The notes under the pieces: generated by a model
Database searches by the model: none
Told to the model about the DNA's origin: nothing
Seen by the model: only the letters and a program-made list of their open reading frames with translations
Source of the DNA: Candidatus Obscuribacterales bacterium
GTDB lineage: Bacteria; Cyanobacteriota; Vampirovibrionia; Obscuribacterales; Obscuribacteraceae
NCBI GenBank assembly: GCA_965228855.1
Contig: CBDDIJ010000003.1
Coordinates: 3,424,001 to 3,488,000 of the forward strand
Length of the DNA stretch: 64,000 nucleotides
Direction: 5' to 3'
Made by a program: the position numbers and the translations under genes
Part shown: one piece after another, positions 39,928 to 50,512 of the stretch
Layout of the letters: each line of letters opens with the position of its first letter
Numbering within the stretch: the first letter of the stretch is position 1

Positions 39928-41547
39928 TCAGTTATTGAAGATCGCGAAAGACGGCGCCATTCCCTTCGCCAATTCTTTCGCAGCCTGGGCAGCTGATACG
40001 ACGACACCGACCTCTTCGCATGTATGTGGAATCGATGCAGCCCCGATTGAAACTACAGCGGAGTTCTCAGGCCAACCGGGCAGCAAAGGCGTGGAAGTCA
40101 GAGCAGACCAGAGCATCGCACCAAACTTCTTCAAAGCCCACGGATCAGCCGTCGAAACCAGGAGAGCAAAATCGCTTCCGTTGATGTATGCAGCACAGTC
40201 TGCTGCTGGGAGAACAGCGGTAATTCGCTGACCGATCGCCTGCAGCGCCTCTGGAGGAAGAGGCATAGACTGATTGTTTTGCTTCAGGGTGACTTCGCAG
40301 ATTAAGAAGGAAAAGCCGGTCTTGTTTTTCTCAAAGCGGTTGAATTCTTTCATCAGGAAAAACAGGAACGAATCGAAAAGCATCAAGCCCGTTCTTGAGT
40401 CCATTAGTCGAGCGTACACCGCATTGATCATATTAGGATCAAACGTAACCGGCGCCGGCAGAGGCATTCTGGGTGTGGTCGGCTCAGGTGGCAGTCGCTG
40501 TTCGCTGAGTGGTGCACCGGATGTAGTATCAGGAGCCGGAGGCTGATTACCAAATATGCCGCTCATATCAAAATTTACTTTCTTGACGTCGCCGGCATTG
40601 TCACTGCCTTGATAGACAGGATCGACATTGGGCACTTCTTGGGGCGCAGGCGGCACGGGTTGCTGATACTGCGCCATTTGTCCGGACACTTGCTGAAATG
40701 GTGTGACTTGTTGCGACTCCGCCATCTGCTGCGCGACGGTCTGCGATGGTTGCTGCCCTTGCGCGCGCATGGAGGCGTTAAATTCGGCAGAATCGAAACC
40801 CGCCAGCTTAGGAGGCATCAAAATCTTGGAATTCTGAGGGTCCACACCAGAAGGCTGAAAAGGCGCCTGCCGCCCAGAGGCGCTCTGCTCTGAGAATCCT
40901 TGATGCGGAATTGAGCCGCTTCTCTCCTGGGCCGCTTGGTTTGCAGCTCCCTGCGGGTTCCAAGCCGGTGTCTGCTGAGAAATAGAAGGATCACCGAAGC
41001 CCTTGGAGGGAATACCGCCGCCAAATCCAGCGGGTTGACTGGGTACGCGATTATGTGTGGTGGAGCCGCCTGGTGCACCACCAAACCCCATTGATGCAGC
41101 TGGAATTTGCTGTGAGCTGGCGTAGTTACTTTCGTCCTGGTAACCGTCGTACTGTTCGACCTCACCAGACTGCTCGTATTCCGGAACGTATGGAGCCTGG
41201 TAGCCACTGGACTGGTTGTCAGCGTTGGCGATGGAATCGTAAGCCGATTCGGTCTTGATTTTGTTCTGGATCATCATCACATCCGCGCTATCACGCGTCC
41301 AGACGACTTTAGAACTGGGTCCGCCGTCCCCTCTGATAAACGTCCATTTCGGAGTGGCATTGCCCGACTGCTGAACCTTGATCACGAACAGATAACGATT
41401 GTTCTCGAACGGCATCTCAATTGGCTTGCCATGCTTTTTACATTCGGCCAGAGCGTACCTCAAGTCTTCAGTGGTCGGAACCGAACTCATTTTGGACAGT
41501 TTGTGAGACTTTGGCGTACCGCCGCTGAACGAACCTTGCAAGGCCAT
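39928..41547 (-). CDS. Protein with Q/P-rich linker and C-terminal degenerate GGDEF-like domain
   Basis: DSRTGL...EFNRFEK, YINGSDFALL in place of GGDEF, VSIGAAS...AAQAAKELAK. Confidence 0.7.
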   Translation of the reverse strand: MALQGSFSGGTPKSHKLSKMSSVPTTEDLRYALAECKKHGKPIEMPFENNRYLFVIKVQQSGNATPKWTFIRGDGGPSSKVVWTRDSADVMMIQNKIKTESAYDSIANADNQSSGYQAPYVPEYEQSGEVEQYDGYQDESNYASSQQIPAASMGFGGAPGGSTTHNRVPSQPAGFGGGIPSKGFGDPSISQQTPAWNPQGAANQAAQERSGSIPHQGFSEQSASGRQAPFQPSGVDPQNSKILMPPKLAGFDSAEFNASMRAQGQQPSQTVAQQMAESQQVTPFQQVSGQMAQYQQPVPPAPQEVPNVDPVYQGSDNAGDVKKVNFDMSGIFGNQPPAPDTTSGAPLSEQRLPPEPTTPRMPLPAPVTFDPNMINAVYARLMDSRTGLMLFDSFLFFLMKEFNRFEKNKTGFSFLICEVTLKQNNQSMPLPPEALQAIGQRITAVLPAADCAAYINGSDFALLVSTADPWALKKFGAMLWSALTSTPLLPGWPENSAVVSIGAASIPHTCEEVGVVVSAAQAAKELAKGMAPSFAIFNN

Positions 41548-41830
41548 TTGCTTCTAAACTCCTGACGGGGGGCTGGGTGACGAAGATTCACCCGAGCGAA
41601 TACGGTCCTCGAGACTCCGACAGACTGGAGCATCAGAGTATTTGATCTTATCATTCCCCTCTGAGCGCTACCAAAACCCTGGCAGCACTGAGTTACAAAG
41701 TCGCACAGACTGGTGCCTTTTACCTGCTCGTCAGCATTTTGTTTCGAAAACTGGACGGGGACGGAAGGCGTGGGTCAAAAAAAATAGCTTTCGTTTAAAC
41801 GTCTTTTCTTAAAATGTTTCGGAATCTGGT

Positions 41831-43408
41831 CTATTTCGCAACGGAGCGACCATCCATCGCCGTTAACAGGTCTGGACTTTGAAGCAAACGCAAGGGCTGT
41901 TCTTGAATTTCAAGTTGAACAATGTCCTGACCGTCGGAAACGCCGAGTTCCTGAAATTTGCGGGCCGTAACAAGCACTCTTGTCTCCATTGAGCCAACAG
42001 CCTTGTTGTAGGCGTCGACAGACTTGTCGAGTCCTTTGCGAATCTCAGAGAAGTGTCCGGCCATAATACGAATTCGCTCGTATAAAGTCTTTCCGAGCTG
42101 ACTTATTGCCTGGGCATTTTCGGCCAGCTTCTCTTGCTTCCAGCCATAGGCGACGGCGCGGAGTAATCCGATAAGCGTGGTAGGCGTCGCCAAGATGACT
42201 CGTTGCTCCACGCCGACCTCGATTAGCGATGGATCCTGCTCCAGAGCAGCACTAAAGAAGGTTTCACCCGGTAAAAACAGTACGACGAATTCGGGCGAGC
42301 AGCCAAACTGCTCCCAGTACGCCTTACTCGAAAGTTTCGTCAGATGAGTACGAATTTGTCGGGCATGGTCTTTGAGACAGGCGATGCGGGTTTCGTCGTC
42401 GCGAGCCTCGAGCGCATCGAGATAGGCTTGCAATGGCGCTTTGGAATCAACAATTACGGTTTTTTGTCCAGGAAGGCGAACCAACAAATCGGGGCGAATC
42501 ACCGAATCCTCGGTCGTGATTGTCTTCTGCTCATAAAAGTCACAATGTTCGAGCATGCCTGCCATTTCGACAACTCGCTTCAGTTGAATCTCGCCCCAAC
42601 GTCCTCTCACAGTTGGAGCCCGGAGGGCGCGAACTAAATTTTGCGTTTCCTGCTGCAGGTTAGTCTGACCATTCGCCAGTGCACCAATTTGCTCCTTAAG
42701 CCCGGAGTAAGCGTTTATCCGTTCCTTCTCCAGATCCTGTATCTTCGTGTCGACGCTCAACAACGACTCCTTTAATGGCTTGACGAGTTCGTCGATAGAT
42801 TTTTGTCTTAGCTCGAGGTCGGTTTTCGCTCCCTCTTGGAACTTCTCCAGATGAGTCTTAGCCAGGTCTAAAAACGCCTGATTGTTAGACTTTAAAGCCT
42901 GGGAAGAGAGAGCTTGAAATGAATCAGTCAGTTGCTTCTGCGCTTGATCGATAAGCTTCAACTTCTCCTCGGCGGCTTGTCGTTCTTTCTCTCGAGCAGT
43001 TTCCAGAATCGATATTTGTTGTTTTAAAGCAACGACCTCTTGCGAAAACGAAGTTACCTTTTCATCGCGAAGGCGCACGTCCTGCTGGAGTTGATCGATT
43101 TTCGAATTGCGCTCTTCGGACGCAGCAAGCCGCATTTGCAATTGTGATACCAGCGAATTCCTTTCCTGCAATTGTTCGTAGTTGAGTGTATTTTGATTCT
43201 TAAGTTCATCGTACGAGCGCGAGGTTTGCGACTTAAGTTCCTCGATACTTCTATCTCGCTCTTCGAGTCGCGACTTAAGCGTTGCTTGCTCTGTTTTAAA
43301 CGCACTAAGATTACGTTCCAATTCGGCAGCCGACCTGCTACGAAAAATCAGCCAGGCAATCAGCGCTCCAACAGCGATACCGACAATTAAGCATGCAACT
43401 AATTCCAT
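41831..43408 (-). CDS. rmuC: DNA recombination protein RmuC
   Basis: N-terminal TM and coiled coil, [40 protein letters not shown]. Confidence 0.93.
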   Translation of the reverse strand: MELVACLIVGIAVGALIAWLIFRSRSAAELERNLSAFKTEQATLKSRLEERDRSIEELKSQTSRSYDELKNQNTLNYEQLQERNSLVSQLQMRLAASEERNSKIDQLQQDVRLRDEKVTSFSQEVVALKQQISILETAREKERQAAEEKLKLIDQAQKQLTDSFQALSSQALKSNNQAFLDLAKTHLEKFQEGAKTDLELRQKSIDELVKPLKESLLSVDTKIQDLEKERINAYSGLKEQIGALANGQTNLQQETQNLVRALRAPTVRGRWGEIQLKRVVEMAGMLEHCDFYEQKTITTEDSVIRPDLLVRLPGQKTVIVDSKAPLQAYLDALEARDDETRIACLKDHARQIRTHLTKLSSKAYWEQFGCSPEFVVLFLPGETFFSAALEQDPSLIEVGVEQRVILATPTTLIGLLRAVAYGWKQEKLAENAQAISQLGKTLYERIRIMAGHFSEIRKGLDKSVDAYNKAVGSMETRVLVTARKFQELGVSDGQDIVQLEIQEQPLRLLQSPDLLTAMDGRSVAK

Positions 43409-43435
43409 CTTTATTCTTTCACCAATTCGCTAGAG

Positions 43436-46400
43436 CTAAGCTGACATCTGGAATCCGTTTTTCGTCGTGACGGACGACTCGAACTGTCCTCTGCCAGCTT
43501 CAACAATCTGGCAAAAGAAACTAATCAGTTTCATCTGGGTTAAGGAGGTACAGGGCGTCTGTAGAAGGTCCGGACTTCCAACAACAAATGCCAGGGTCTT
43601 CGCTCTGGATATTGCCACATTCAGGCGACTTCTGCTGAACAGAAAATCCAGCCCTCTTGCAGAACCGCTTCCCTCGCTAGCACACATCGATAGTATCACG
43701 ACTGGTGCCTCCTGTCCCTGGAACTTATCTATAGACGCAACGCGCGCACCCGGAATCCGAGAGGCTATCTTTCGGACCTGCATGTTATATGGACTGACTA
43801 TAAGAATGTCTTTCATGGACAATACATTAATTGCTCCCGTCTTATCAGAAACACAGCAACGCAGAAGAGTATTAACCAGTTCTTCGATTGCATCGACCTC
43901 TTCATCGCTGGCCTGGCTGTTGCCACGATGCGGAACCGGACACCAAACGATTCCCGCTCGCTTCTGGAATCCGGAATTCAGCTGACCAGGCGGAATGAGC
44001 ACCTGATTAGAATTCTCTTCGTGCGCGACTAAACGAGAGTCATAGATTGCTGAGGATATAACCTCACAGATATCAGGATGCATTCGGCGGGTGACAGATA
44101 GAAAAATTCCCATGCTATCGGATATGGTGGCACTATCCTGTAGAAGATACTCAAGACAGGATAATCCACTATCTCCAGGATGAGAGCCCTCCGTGGGCTG
44201 CTCGAGCTGCATCTGATCGCCAAGCAACACAAGATTTCCCGTGCTTGGGCTCATTGCGGCTACGTTCGCGAGACAAACCTGTCCGGCTTCATCAACAAAG
44301 AGATAATCAACCATTCGAATAGCAGCATCCGAGCTAAACAACCAGGCGGTACCAGCAATCAAATTAAACGAATCCGGCTCTTCGTCTTTGAAAAATTTTC
44401 CTGATCCGCGTATGCGACGAACACCCGGCATATACGTTTGAGGTCCAGAGTCGGCTCCCGAAGGCGCAATCTTGGCGCCCCTCAGCGGAACGCCCTCTTC
44501 ACGAGCAACTTCGGCCACCTTTTCCAACAAATTGTCTATCGCTTTGTGAGAATTTGAAGTGATTCCGACGCGCTTTCCCTGACGCAACAATTCGACAATA
44601 GTATGGCTTGCAGTGTAAGTTTTGCCAGTTCCGGGCGGTCCCTGAATAGATAAGCAGGTCTCTTGCATACGACTTACAGCACTGACTACGGATTTCACAT
44701 CTCTAGCGTCTGCAATTGCGATCCCAACGGCCCGACCTTTGATGTTAGGTTCTTCCCGAAAGAGGAGGTCAGACAAACACTGCGGAATCCTTTGTCCCTG
44801 AGCCCAGGCGGATACCACCCGAAATATGGAACTCGCTATTATTTTGCTATCTACGAATTCATCCGGGATCAAAGAAATTTCTTCCGGAGGAACTGGTTTG
44901 CTTTTCCCCAGTAAGATCACAACGCGCCCCTTCCGGCGATCGAGAGAGGCTATGCGCGTGCTTTCCGCATTATGCGCGAACAGAACGGAGTCACCTTCTT
45001 TCATCTTTGTGTCTTGACTTGGATCAAACGAATACTCATAGCCGAACGAACGATTTATTTTAACCGGCGGATTTCTTACCCACGTCAGCTTTCCGAGACA
45101 ATCCAGATCGTCGTACAACTCATTGTCGGTCAGACTCATCCTCTCAAACCGACGCCACCACATCGGCTTATATTCACGGCGATGAAATTCAAGCAGACCG
45201 GCAAGCAGCTGTTGAACGCGCTTAGTCTCAAGATCAGCGATTTGCTCAGACGCTTTCATTAAATCAGCGGCAAGTGCGCCTGCAGGCATCAGATCGCGCA
45301 CCACAGGCGATGCCTCGATCTGAGGTCCAGAGAACTCGATACGATTCTCCTTCTGGCGGGCACGAAGCCATACCGCCAGTTGCTGCGTAGAGACACAATC
45401 CAACTCGTTGTAGTCGCGAATCTCTTTTAGAATTGGCGATTCTTGCCAGGTCAGGCCATCCTGGCATTCGATCCATCGCTCGTAGAAAACAACCGAATCA
45501 GTAGCTTTTGCTACAGTGCCACTTCGTTTGCCTCTATAGAGATGTTCTACATACTTAATCGAGTAAGACGGCTCTCCTACGCGCAGCCCCTGACGGACGA
45601 CTTGGAACAGGTCGACGAAAACCCTGTGCCTGAGGAGTTCGTCGACCTCTTCCATCCTCGTTGAATGACGACCCGCTAGTCGTCTAACAGCAGATACTTC
45701 GTAAGCCGCATAGTGATAGATATGCATTCCTGGGTCATGGCGCCAGCGCTCGTAGACCCAGTCTATGAAATTCTCGAAAGCTATCTTTTCTTCAGCTCGA
45801 TCGTGTGCCCACCAATCTTTAAATTCAATTGAATCACCGAGTTCGTAAACCACTCCCCAGAGATATTCCAACCCGCCTGACATATGAGGATATCCTTCCA
45901 TGTCAAAGTAGACGTCATTGAATGAAGGTGGCGGCAGCATTGCGAGCCCCTTGCCCGGAATTACAGGGAGCACTTCAAATGTAGTTTCACCGGCCATCTT
46001 CGAACGATTTTGAGCTCTGGCCTGTTGCTGGAGAGTATCGAACGTCTCTCGCGTCATTTTCGGAATCGATGAGGACTCGGAATTTGCGAGTTGAGTCAGA
46101 GTGTTAATTCCGGCATTCAGTAAGCGGTCGATCTGACTCTGCCGAATATTAGCGACTCGTGAGAGATGGTCTCTGTCTTCCAGAAATTTTTCCGAAACAG
46201 TCTTCCAACGGCTATGGGAACTAACAGTCCAGTCTTCTGGTGGATGGTCTTTTGAAAAACGTCCCTGAAACTCGAGGAATGAGTTCTTGAGGCGGAGATA
46301 GAGGTGATGATATTCGTGAGTACGAAATTCTTTTTGCGCGAAATCACCAAGCACCACTCTAACTGACCCTGGTAGTCGCCCTTGAATGCACTCAAGCATT

Positions 46401-46861
46401 TCTGCATAACAGCAGAGCTGGATAATGAAATGGGGTTTTGCCTTCTTCGAGAGTTTCGTGTCCCAGACTTCGTAGTGGAAATCTCCAAGCTCAGACGCAC
46501 CATCCACTTTGATGAGGAAATCGGAAAAGCCTGCAAACTCATCGGCTTGAAGAAATCCCTGATAGATGACCTCTCGGCCGTCCCGCATAGCTGCAATTGT
46601 TTCCAGTCGAGCAGATTCGCTTTTACTATGAATTTCCGCAATGTCGTAACCTTCTTTCCGTAATTGTGTGAGAAACGCTAACTCATGCGTGTTTCCGTGC
46701 TTGGCGAGAATCTCAAGACTCTCGTCACGCTCATCAGGCTTGACTTCATCCGGGTATTCAACAGAATATCGCTCCATCCAAGAGTCGAACTGTGAGTCCA
46801 TGAATGTAACGAGGTCGGACGGCGAATAAACCAGCGGACCGTCTGCTTTCATCCTGCGCAT
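43436..46861 (-). CDS. TM0106-family RecB-like nuclease fused to RNase H-like domain and SF1 (DNA2/NAM7/UPF1-like) helicase
   Basis: SPSDL, DFL...YEVWDTK...QLCCY nuclease motifs; YFDMEG/YHYAAYE/YNELDC RNase H-like; QGPPGTGKT, VDEAGQ, GDQMQL, FQGQE, RLNVAISRAK. AGGAG RBS. Confidence 0.9.
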   Translation of the reverse strand: MRRMKADGPLVYSPSDLVTFMDSQFDSWMERYSVEYPDEVKPDERDESLEILAKHGNTHELAFLTQLRKEGYDIAEIHSKSESARLETIAAMRDGREVIYQGFLQADEFAGFSDFLIKVDGASELGDFHYEVWDTKLSKKAKPHFIIQLCCYAEMLECIQGRLPGSVRVVLGDFAQKEFRTHEYHHLYLRLKNSFLEFQGRFSKDHPPEDWTVSSHSRWKTVSEKFLEDRDHLSRVANIRQSQIDRLLNAGINTLTQLANSESSSIPKMTRETFDTLQQQARAQNRSKMAGETTFEVLPVIPGKGLAMLPPPSFNDVYFDMEGYPHMSGGLEYLWGVVYELGDSIEFKDWWAHDRAEEKIAFENFIDWVYERWRHDPGMHIYHYAAYEVSAVRRLAGRHSTRMEEVDELLRHRVFVDLFQVVRQGLRVGEPSYSIKYVEHLYRGKRSGTVAKATDSVVFYERWIECQDGLTWQESPILKEIRDYNELDCVSTQQLAVWLRARQKENRIEFSGPQIEASPVVRDLMPAGALAADLMKASEQIADLETKRVQQLLAGLLEFHRREYKPMWWRRFERMSLTDNELYDDLDCLGKLTWVRNPPVKINRSFGYEYSFDPSQDTKMKEGDSVLFAHNAESTRIASLDRRKGRVVILLGKSKPVPPEEISLIPDEFVDSKIIASSIFRVVSAWAQGQRIPQCLSDLLFREEPNIKGRAVGIAIADARDVKSVVSAVSRMQETCLSIQGPPGTGKTYTASHTIVELLRQGKRVGITSNSHKAIDNLLEKVAEVAREEGVPLRGAKIAPSGADSGPQTYMPGVRRIRGSGKFFKDEEPDSFNLIAGTAWLFSSDAAIRMVDYLFVDEAGQVCLANVAAMSPSTGNLVLLGDQMQLEQPTEGSHPGDSGLSCLEYLLQDSATISDSMGIFLSVTRRMHPDICEVISSAIYDSRLVAHEENSNQVLIPPGQLNSGFQKRAGIVWCPVPHRGNSQASDEEVDAIEELVNTLLRCCVSDKTGAINVLSMKDILIVSPYNMQVRKIASRIPGARVASIDKFQGQEAPVVILSMCASEGSGSARGLDFLFSRSRLNVAISRAKTLAFVVGSPDLLQTPCTSLTQMKLISFFCQIVEAGRGQFESSVTTKNGFQMSA

Positions 46862-46889
46862 GACTATGTATCTCCTGCTTACAAATACC

Positions 46890-46921
46890 AGCCTACGAAA
46901 TCAAGCTGCGAAATATCTGCA
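46890..46921 (-). promoter_or_regulatory. Putative WYL-activator site and promoter of the nuclease-helicase/rmuC operon (TCGCAG-N10-TAGGCT)
   Basis: Minus strand reads TCGCAG cttgatttcg TAGGCT, then AGGAG RBS and ATG at 46861. Left part of a palindrome interrupted by the intron. Confidence 0.6.
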
Positions 46922-48960
46922 GTGTCGACACGAGGTCGATTAAATGAATAGATTTAATAATCTCAGAGCACCTCCTTGCTCTGTCTCCACGTAAAAGACT
47001 CAATGAGTTCGCCCGCGTCGCAAGTAAGTGATGAACGCGATCAATAGAAGGGCACGAAAGGTCCGAAACTCTTAGCCACAATAGAGTGAAGAAGGACCGA
47101 GGGGAGACCGGCATGGTCAGGTGTGCACGAAGCACGAACACGAATCATCTTAAGTTCCGTCATTTTCGAAATGGTGAAAGTGGCTGTATGCACCATGCCC
47201 AAAAGGGAAGCGGGTTGGCTGATTGGTTTGCAGAGCAATCAGCAGGGAGGCTACACTCCCGCCGGAATACAGATGGGACCTAAACCGGTCGTTAGTCATT
47301 TAGTCGGAACGTGGTAAACCTCATGGGCTCTTGCTTTTGTTCAAGCGAGCAACCAACGCGTAAGCTGCGGCTCATTGCCTAGGAGGTAACGGATTCTGGA
47401 AAAAGCGAACGGTTCGCTGTAATGGCGGACACAGGGCAATACCCACGCTGAAAGGCGGCTGACTTCCAGAACGTGTCCCGCGAAATTACAATGAGAGGAA
47501 TTCGAACAACCGTGAAAGATGGAACCACACTTGGTATCGGAGCGGATGGAAAGCCTTTAGATTGGAGTCTCATGCCATGGGATTCAATTGACAAGTCTAT
47601 CAGAAAACTGAGACAGCGTATATTTCGTGCCATACGCGAAGGTCGACTGAATCAGGCGCGAAGCCTGATGAAACTGATGCTTCGCAGTTACTTGAACCTG
47701 CTGGATTCTGTGCGCAGAGCTACGCAAAAGAACAAAGGCAAAAAAACCGCTGGAGTCGACGGCGTAACAGCTCTAACATCGAAAGCAAGATGGAAGTTGA
47801 CCAGACAGATGGTAATGCAGACACCATGGACGGTGAAACCGACCAGACGTATTTACATACCGAAGTCAGGGAAACCCGGACAAAAACGTCCGTTATCAAT
47901 TCCCGCCCTGCGAGATCGGGTAGCACAGGCGATGATGAAGAACGCACTGGAACCCTGCTGGGAAGCTCGATTTGAGTCAACCAGCTACGGTTTTCGCCCT
48001 GGAAGAAGTCTCCACGATGCCGTTAGGCATTGCTGGGAATTATTCAAGGCGAATACGAAACGTCCGTGGATTTTAGACGCGGATATCCGTAGCGCGTTCG
48101 ACAAAATCTCACATGAACATATCCTACAAGAGCTCGGACCGGTTCCGGGACGAGATCTAATTAGGCAATGGCTCAAGGCAGGTTACATGGAGGCGGAAGT
48201 CTTTCACACCACGGACAGTGGCACACCTCAAGGAGGCATCATATCCCCGTTGCTTTTGAACATCGCCCTGCACGGCATGCAAAAAGCGCTGGGGAGCGCG
48301 TACGGATATGTCCGATACTCAGATGACCTCATTGTATGTGCACGAACCCGAGATGAGATCGAAGCTGCTAAAACGCGTATCCAAGAGTGGCTGAAGCCGC
48401 GCGGATTGGAATTGCACCCAGAGAAGACAAGAATTGTGCACATTGAGCAAGCACAAGCAAGCGACAGCGGAAGAGGTTATACGATACCTCAACCCCAAAC
48501 TTCGAGGATGGGCGAACCACTATCGACGAGCAGTAAGCAAAGAAGTCTTCGCGTACGTGTCTCACCAAGTTTGGCAGATGCTCTGGAGATGGTGCCTTAG
48601 AAGGCATCGGAAAAGAGCAAATACTGGGTGCGTAACAAATACTTTGGCTCTCCGAAAACGAAGAGCTGGAGATTTCAAGCGCACACCGATGACGGCGCCC
48701 TTTATCTTTATGACGTTAGCTCGACAGGAATCGAGCGACACATTAAGGTGCGAGGCGACGCCAGCCCGGACATTCCAGATCTGCGAGACTACTGGCATGC
48801 ACGTATCGAAGAATGTCGAACGTATTACCGCTCGCCGAAACAAGTAACAGTAAAAGCCCTGCTAAACGCTGGGTTGGATGCGCGAGCCGAATGATGGGAA
48901 AACTATCACGTTCGGTTCTAAGAGGGGCTGGGTGCGGTGACGCACCCATGCCTACTCGAC
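46922..48960 (+). mobile_element. Group II intron, class CL / subgroup IIB, degenerate
   Basis: 5' end GTGTCGACACG. Domain I closed by GATTAAATGA (46938-47) pairing with TCATTTAGTC (47296-305). EBS1 TGCAGA (47229-34) in the loop of an 8-bp stem pairs with IBS1 TCTGCA (46916-21). DII/DIII-type GGAACGTGGTAA...GAAAAAGCGAA. DV GAGCCGAATGATGGGAAAACTATCACGTTCGGTTC (48884-918) and DVI ending CCTACTCGAC. Confidence 0.92.
47473..48894 (+). pseudogene. ltrA: Group II intron reverse transcriptase/maturase, disrupted
   Basis: RT0-6 motifs (TAGVDG, RPLSIP, SYGFRPGRS, DADIRSAFDKISH, GTPQGGIISPLL, YSDD, HPEKT). RT7 is missing. Domain X (LNPKLRGWANHY) continues in another frame from ~48443 and switches frame again at ~48609. 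No HNH endonuclease domain. Confidence 0.85.
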
Positions 48961-49033
48961 GTCGTGCGAACGAAAGATTAAAACTGCGTTTAATGACGGT
49001 GTAACTAGCTCCCGATCATGTAGTTTAAGGACC

Positions 49034-50005
49034 ATGAGTACCAAACTAGAGCGAGTTCTGGCAATTGACGCGGAAATCTGTCGTGGCGGATTTCCCGGAG
49101 TTCAGCACCTGTGCCAGAAATTTGAGATTTCCGAGCGAACACTCCACGACGACATTCGCTACCTGAAAGACCGCCTGGCCAGAGAAATAGTTTTCGACCA
49201 CACAAAAGGCGGATACTTCAACAGCACTCCAGATAAGCGTTTGCCGTCCTTTGAATTGTCCAGCGGTGAAATCTTTGCCCTGACACTTGGAAAGGAGATG
49301 CTATCTATATATACAGGTACATCCTTTGAGGCCACTCTTCGCTCCGCACTGGAAAAAATTTCTGAGCGCCTGCCGGAAAAGGTCAATGTCGACCCGGAAG
49401 AAATTAAATCGGTAATCCGATTTCGAGCCAGCGCAATCGTTCCCTTGAGCGCGAAGCTGTTTAGTGAAATGAATAAGGCATGCGATCTGGAGCAACAGAT
49501 CGACTTGACTTATTTTGCGGCAAGCAAAGGCGAAACCACCTCGCGCATAATTAATCCTTACTGCGTGTTGCACGACCGCGGCACCTGGTATGTGGTGGCA
49601 TACTGCAATTCGCGTAAAGCGCTTCGCATGTTTGCGCTGCATCGTATTAAGGACTACAAGATTCTCGACACAAACTTCGAGCCAATGCCGACTGAGGAAC
49701 TCACAGCATGGATTGATGCGGCATTCCAGATCGAGCATGGCGAGCGTACCTACCAGGTGATCATCAAGTTCGCTGCGCACTCGGCAAGATATATTAGAGA
49801 ACGGTCCTGGCATCCGCAGCAAGAGCTTGAGGATTTTGAAGACGGCAGTTGCAAGTTGTCTTTCCCAGCGGCAAGCCTGGACGAAGTTTTTCGCTGGCTG
49901 GCGCCATATGGTTCCGACGCTATTGTGATGGAGCCGCCGGAACTTCGGAAGCTGGTGATCGATGCGGCTAAGGAAACGCTCGAACAATACAACGTCTCCG
50001 TTTAA
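49034..50005 (+). CDS. HTH-WYL-WCX transcriptional regulator (PafB/PafC/DriD-like)
   Basis: N-terminal wHTH (FEISERTLHDDIRYL), WYL motif (INPY...WYVVAYC...RMFALHRI), WCX (WHPQQ...WLAPYGSDAIVMEPPELR). Confidence 0.92.
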   Translation: MSTKLERVLAIDAEICRGGFPGVQHLCQKFEISERTLHDDIRYLKDRLAREIVFDHTKGGYFNSTPDKRLPSFELSSGEIFALTLGKEMLSIYTGTSFEATLRSALEKISERLPEKVNVDPEEIKSVIRFRASAIVPLSAKLFSEMNKACDLEQQIDLTYFAASKGETTSRIINPYCVLHDRGTWYVVAYCNSRKALRMFALHRIKDYKILDTNFEPMPTEELTAWIDAAFQIEHGERTYQVIIKFAAHSARYIRERSWHPQQELEDFEDGSCKLSFPAASLDEVFRWLAPYGSDAIVMEPPELRKLVIDAAKETLEQYNVSV

Positions 50006-50067
50006 ACCATTATATTGATGCGGTTGACATCAACTATTTAGCAGAAAAAACTTTTTCGAACGATTTT

Positions 50068-50105
50068 CACGACTGCGAATATTTCGCAGTCGTGTTTTGT
50101 AAGCT
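50068..50105 (+). promoter_or_regulatory. Perfect 12-bp palindrome plus putative -10 element (putative WYL operator/promoter)
   Basis: CACGACTGCGAA-TAT-TTCGCAGTCGTG, with TCGCAG-N10-TAAGCT pointing to the small ORF at 50206. Confidence 0.6.
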
Positions 50106-50205
50106 GTTTATACAAGGTCGGAAATGCACTGAAGGATTGCAAGGACGGTGGATTGCTGACTGAGACCTGAAGACCGTTGCTGATGATAGAAAGGGATTGG
50201 GACCG

Positions 50206-50454
50206 ATGTTTCTAACGCCAGAGCAATTGCAACTAATACAAGATGCACTCGAATATTCGTGTACTGCTTTGTCGGACGAATTCGAGCAGAACAAACACAG
50301 CCGTGAAGCTGACGAAATTCAGCGCTCCGTTTTGGTATACGGCAAACTGCGAAAGTACAACAAGCTTTTAAACGACATTCGAAAGAGCCTGCCTGCACCC
50401 CCTACGATTCGGGAGAACAATGTTCTTGTTCTCGCCGCTAGCAGAGGGAGGTAG
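50206..50454 (+). CDS. Small helical hypothetical protein
   Basis: 82 aa from ATG 50206 (ORF track starts 50197). Purine-rich upstream region. Confidence 0.55.
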   Translation: MFLTPEQLQLIQDALEYSCTALSDEFEQNKHSREADEIQRSVLVYGKLRKYNKLLNDIRKSLPAPPTIRENNVLVLAASRGR

Positions 50455-50512
50455 TATCGACTAATCTCAACCACGCAATGACAGTCTAATTATCACGAAT
50501 CCGAGAAGTGTT

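Noticed and set aside
47473..50005. RT next to WYL read as a retron or defence-associated RT system
   Set aside because: The RT has group II RT0 and domain X and lies inside a complete ribozyme with DV/DVI and EBS1-IBS1 pairing. Adjacency to WYL is explained by insertion.
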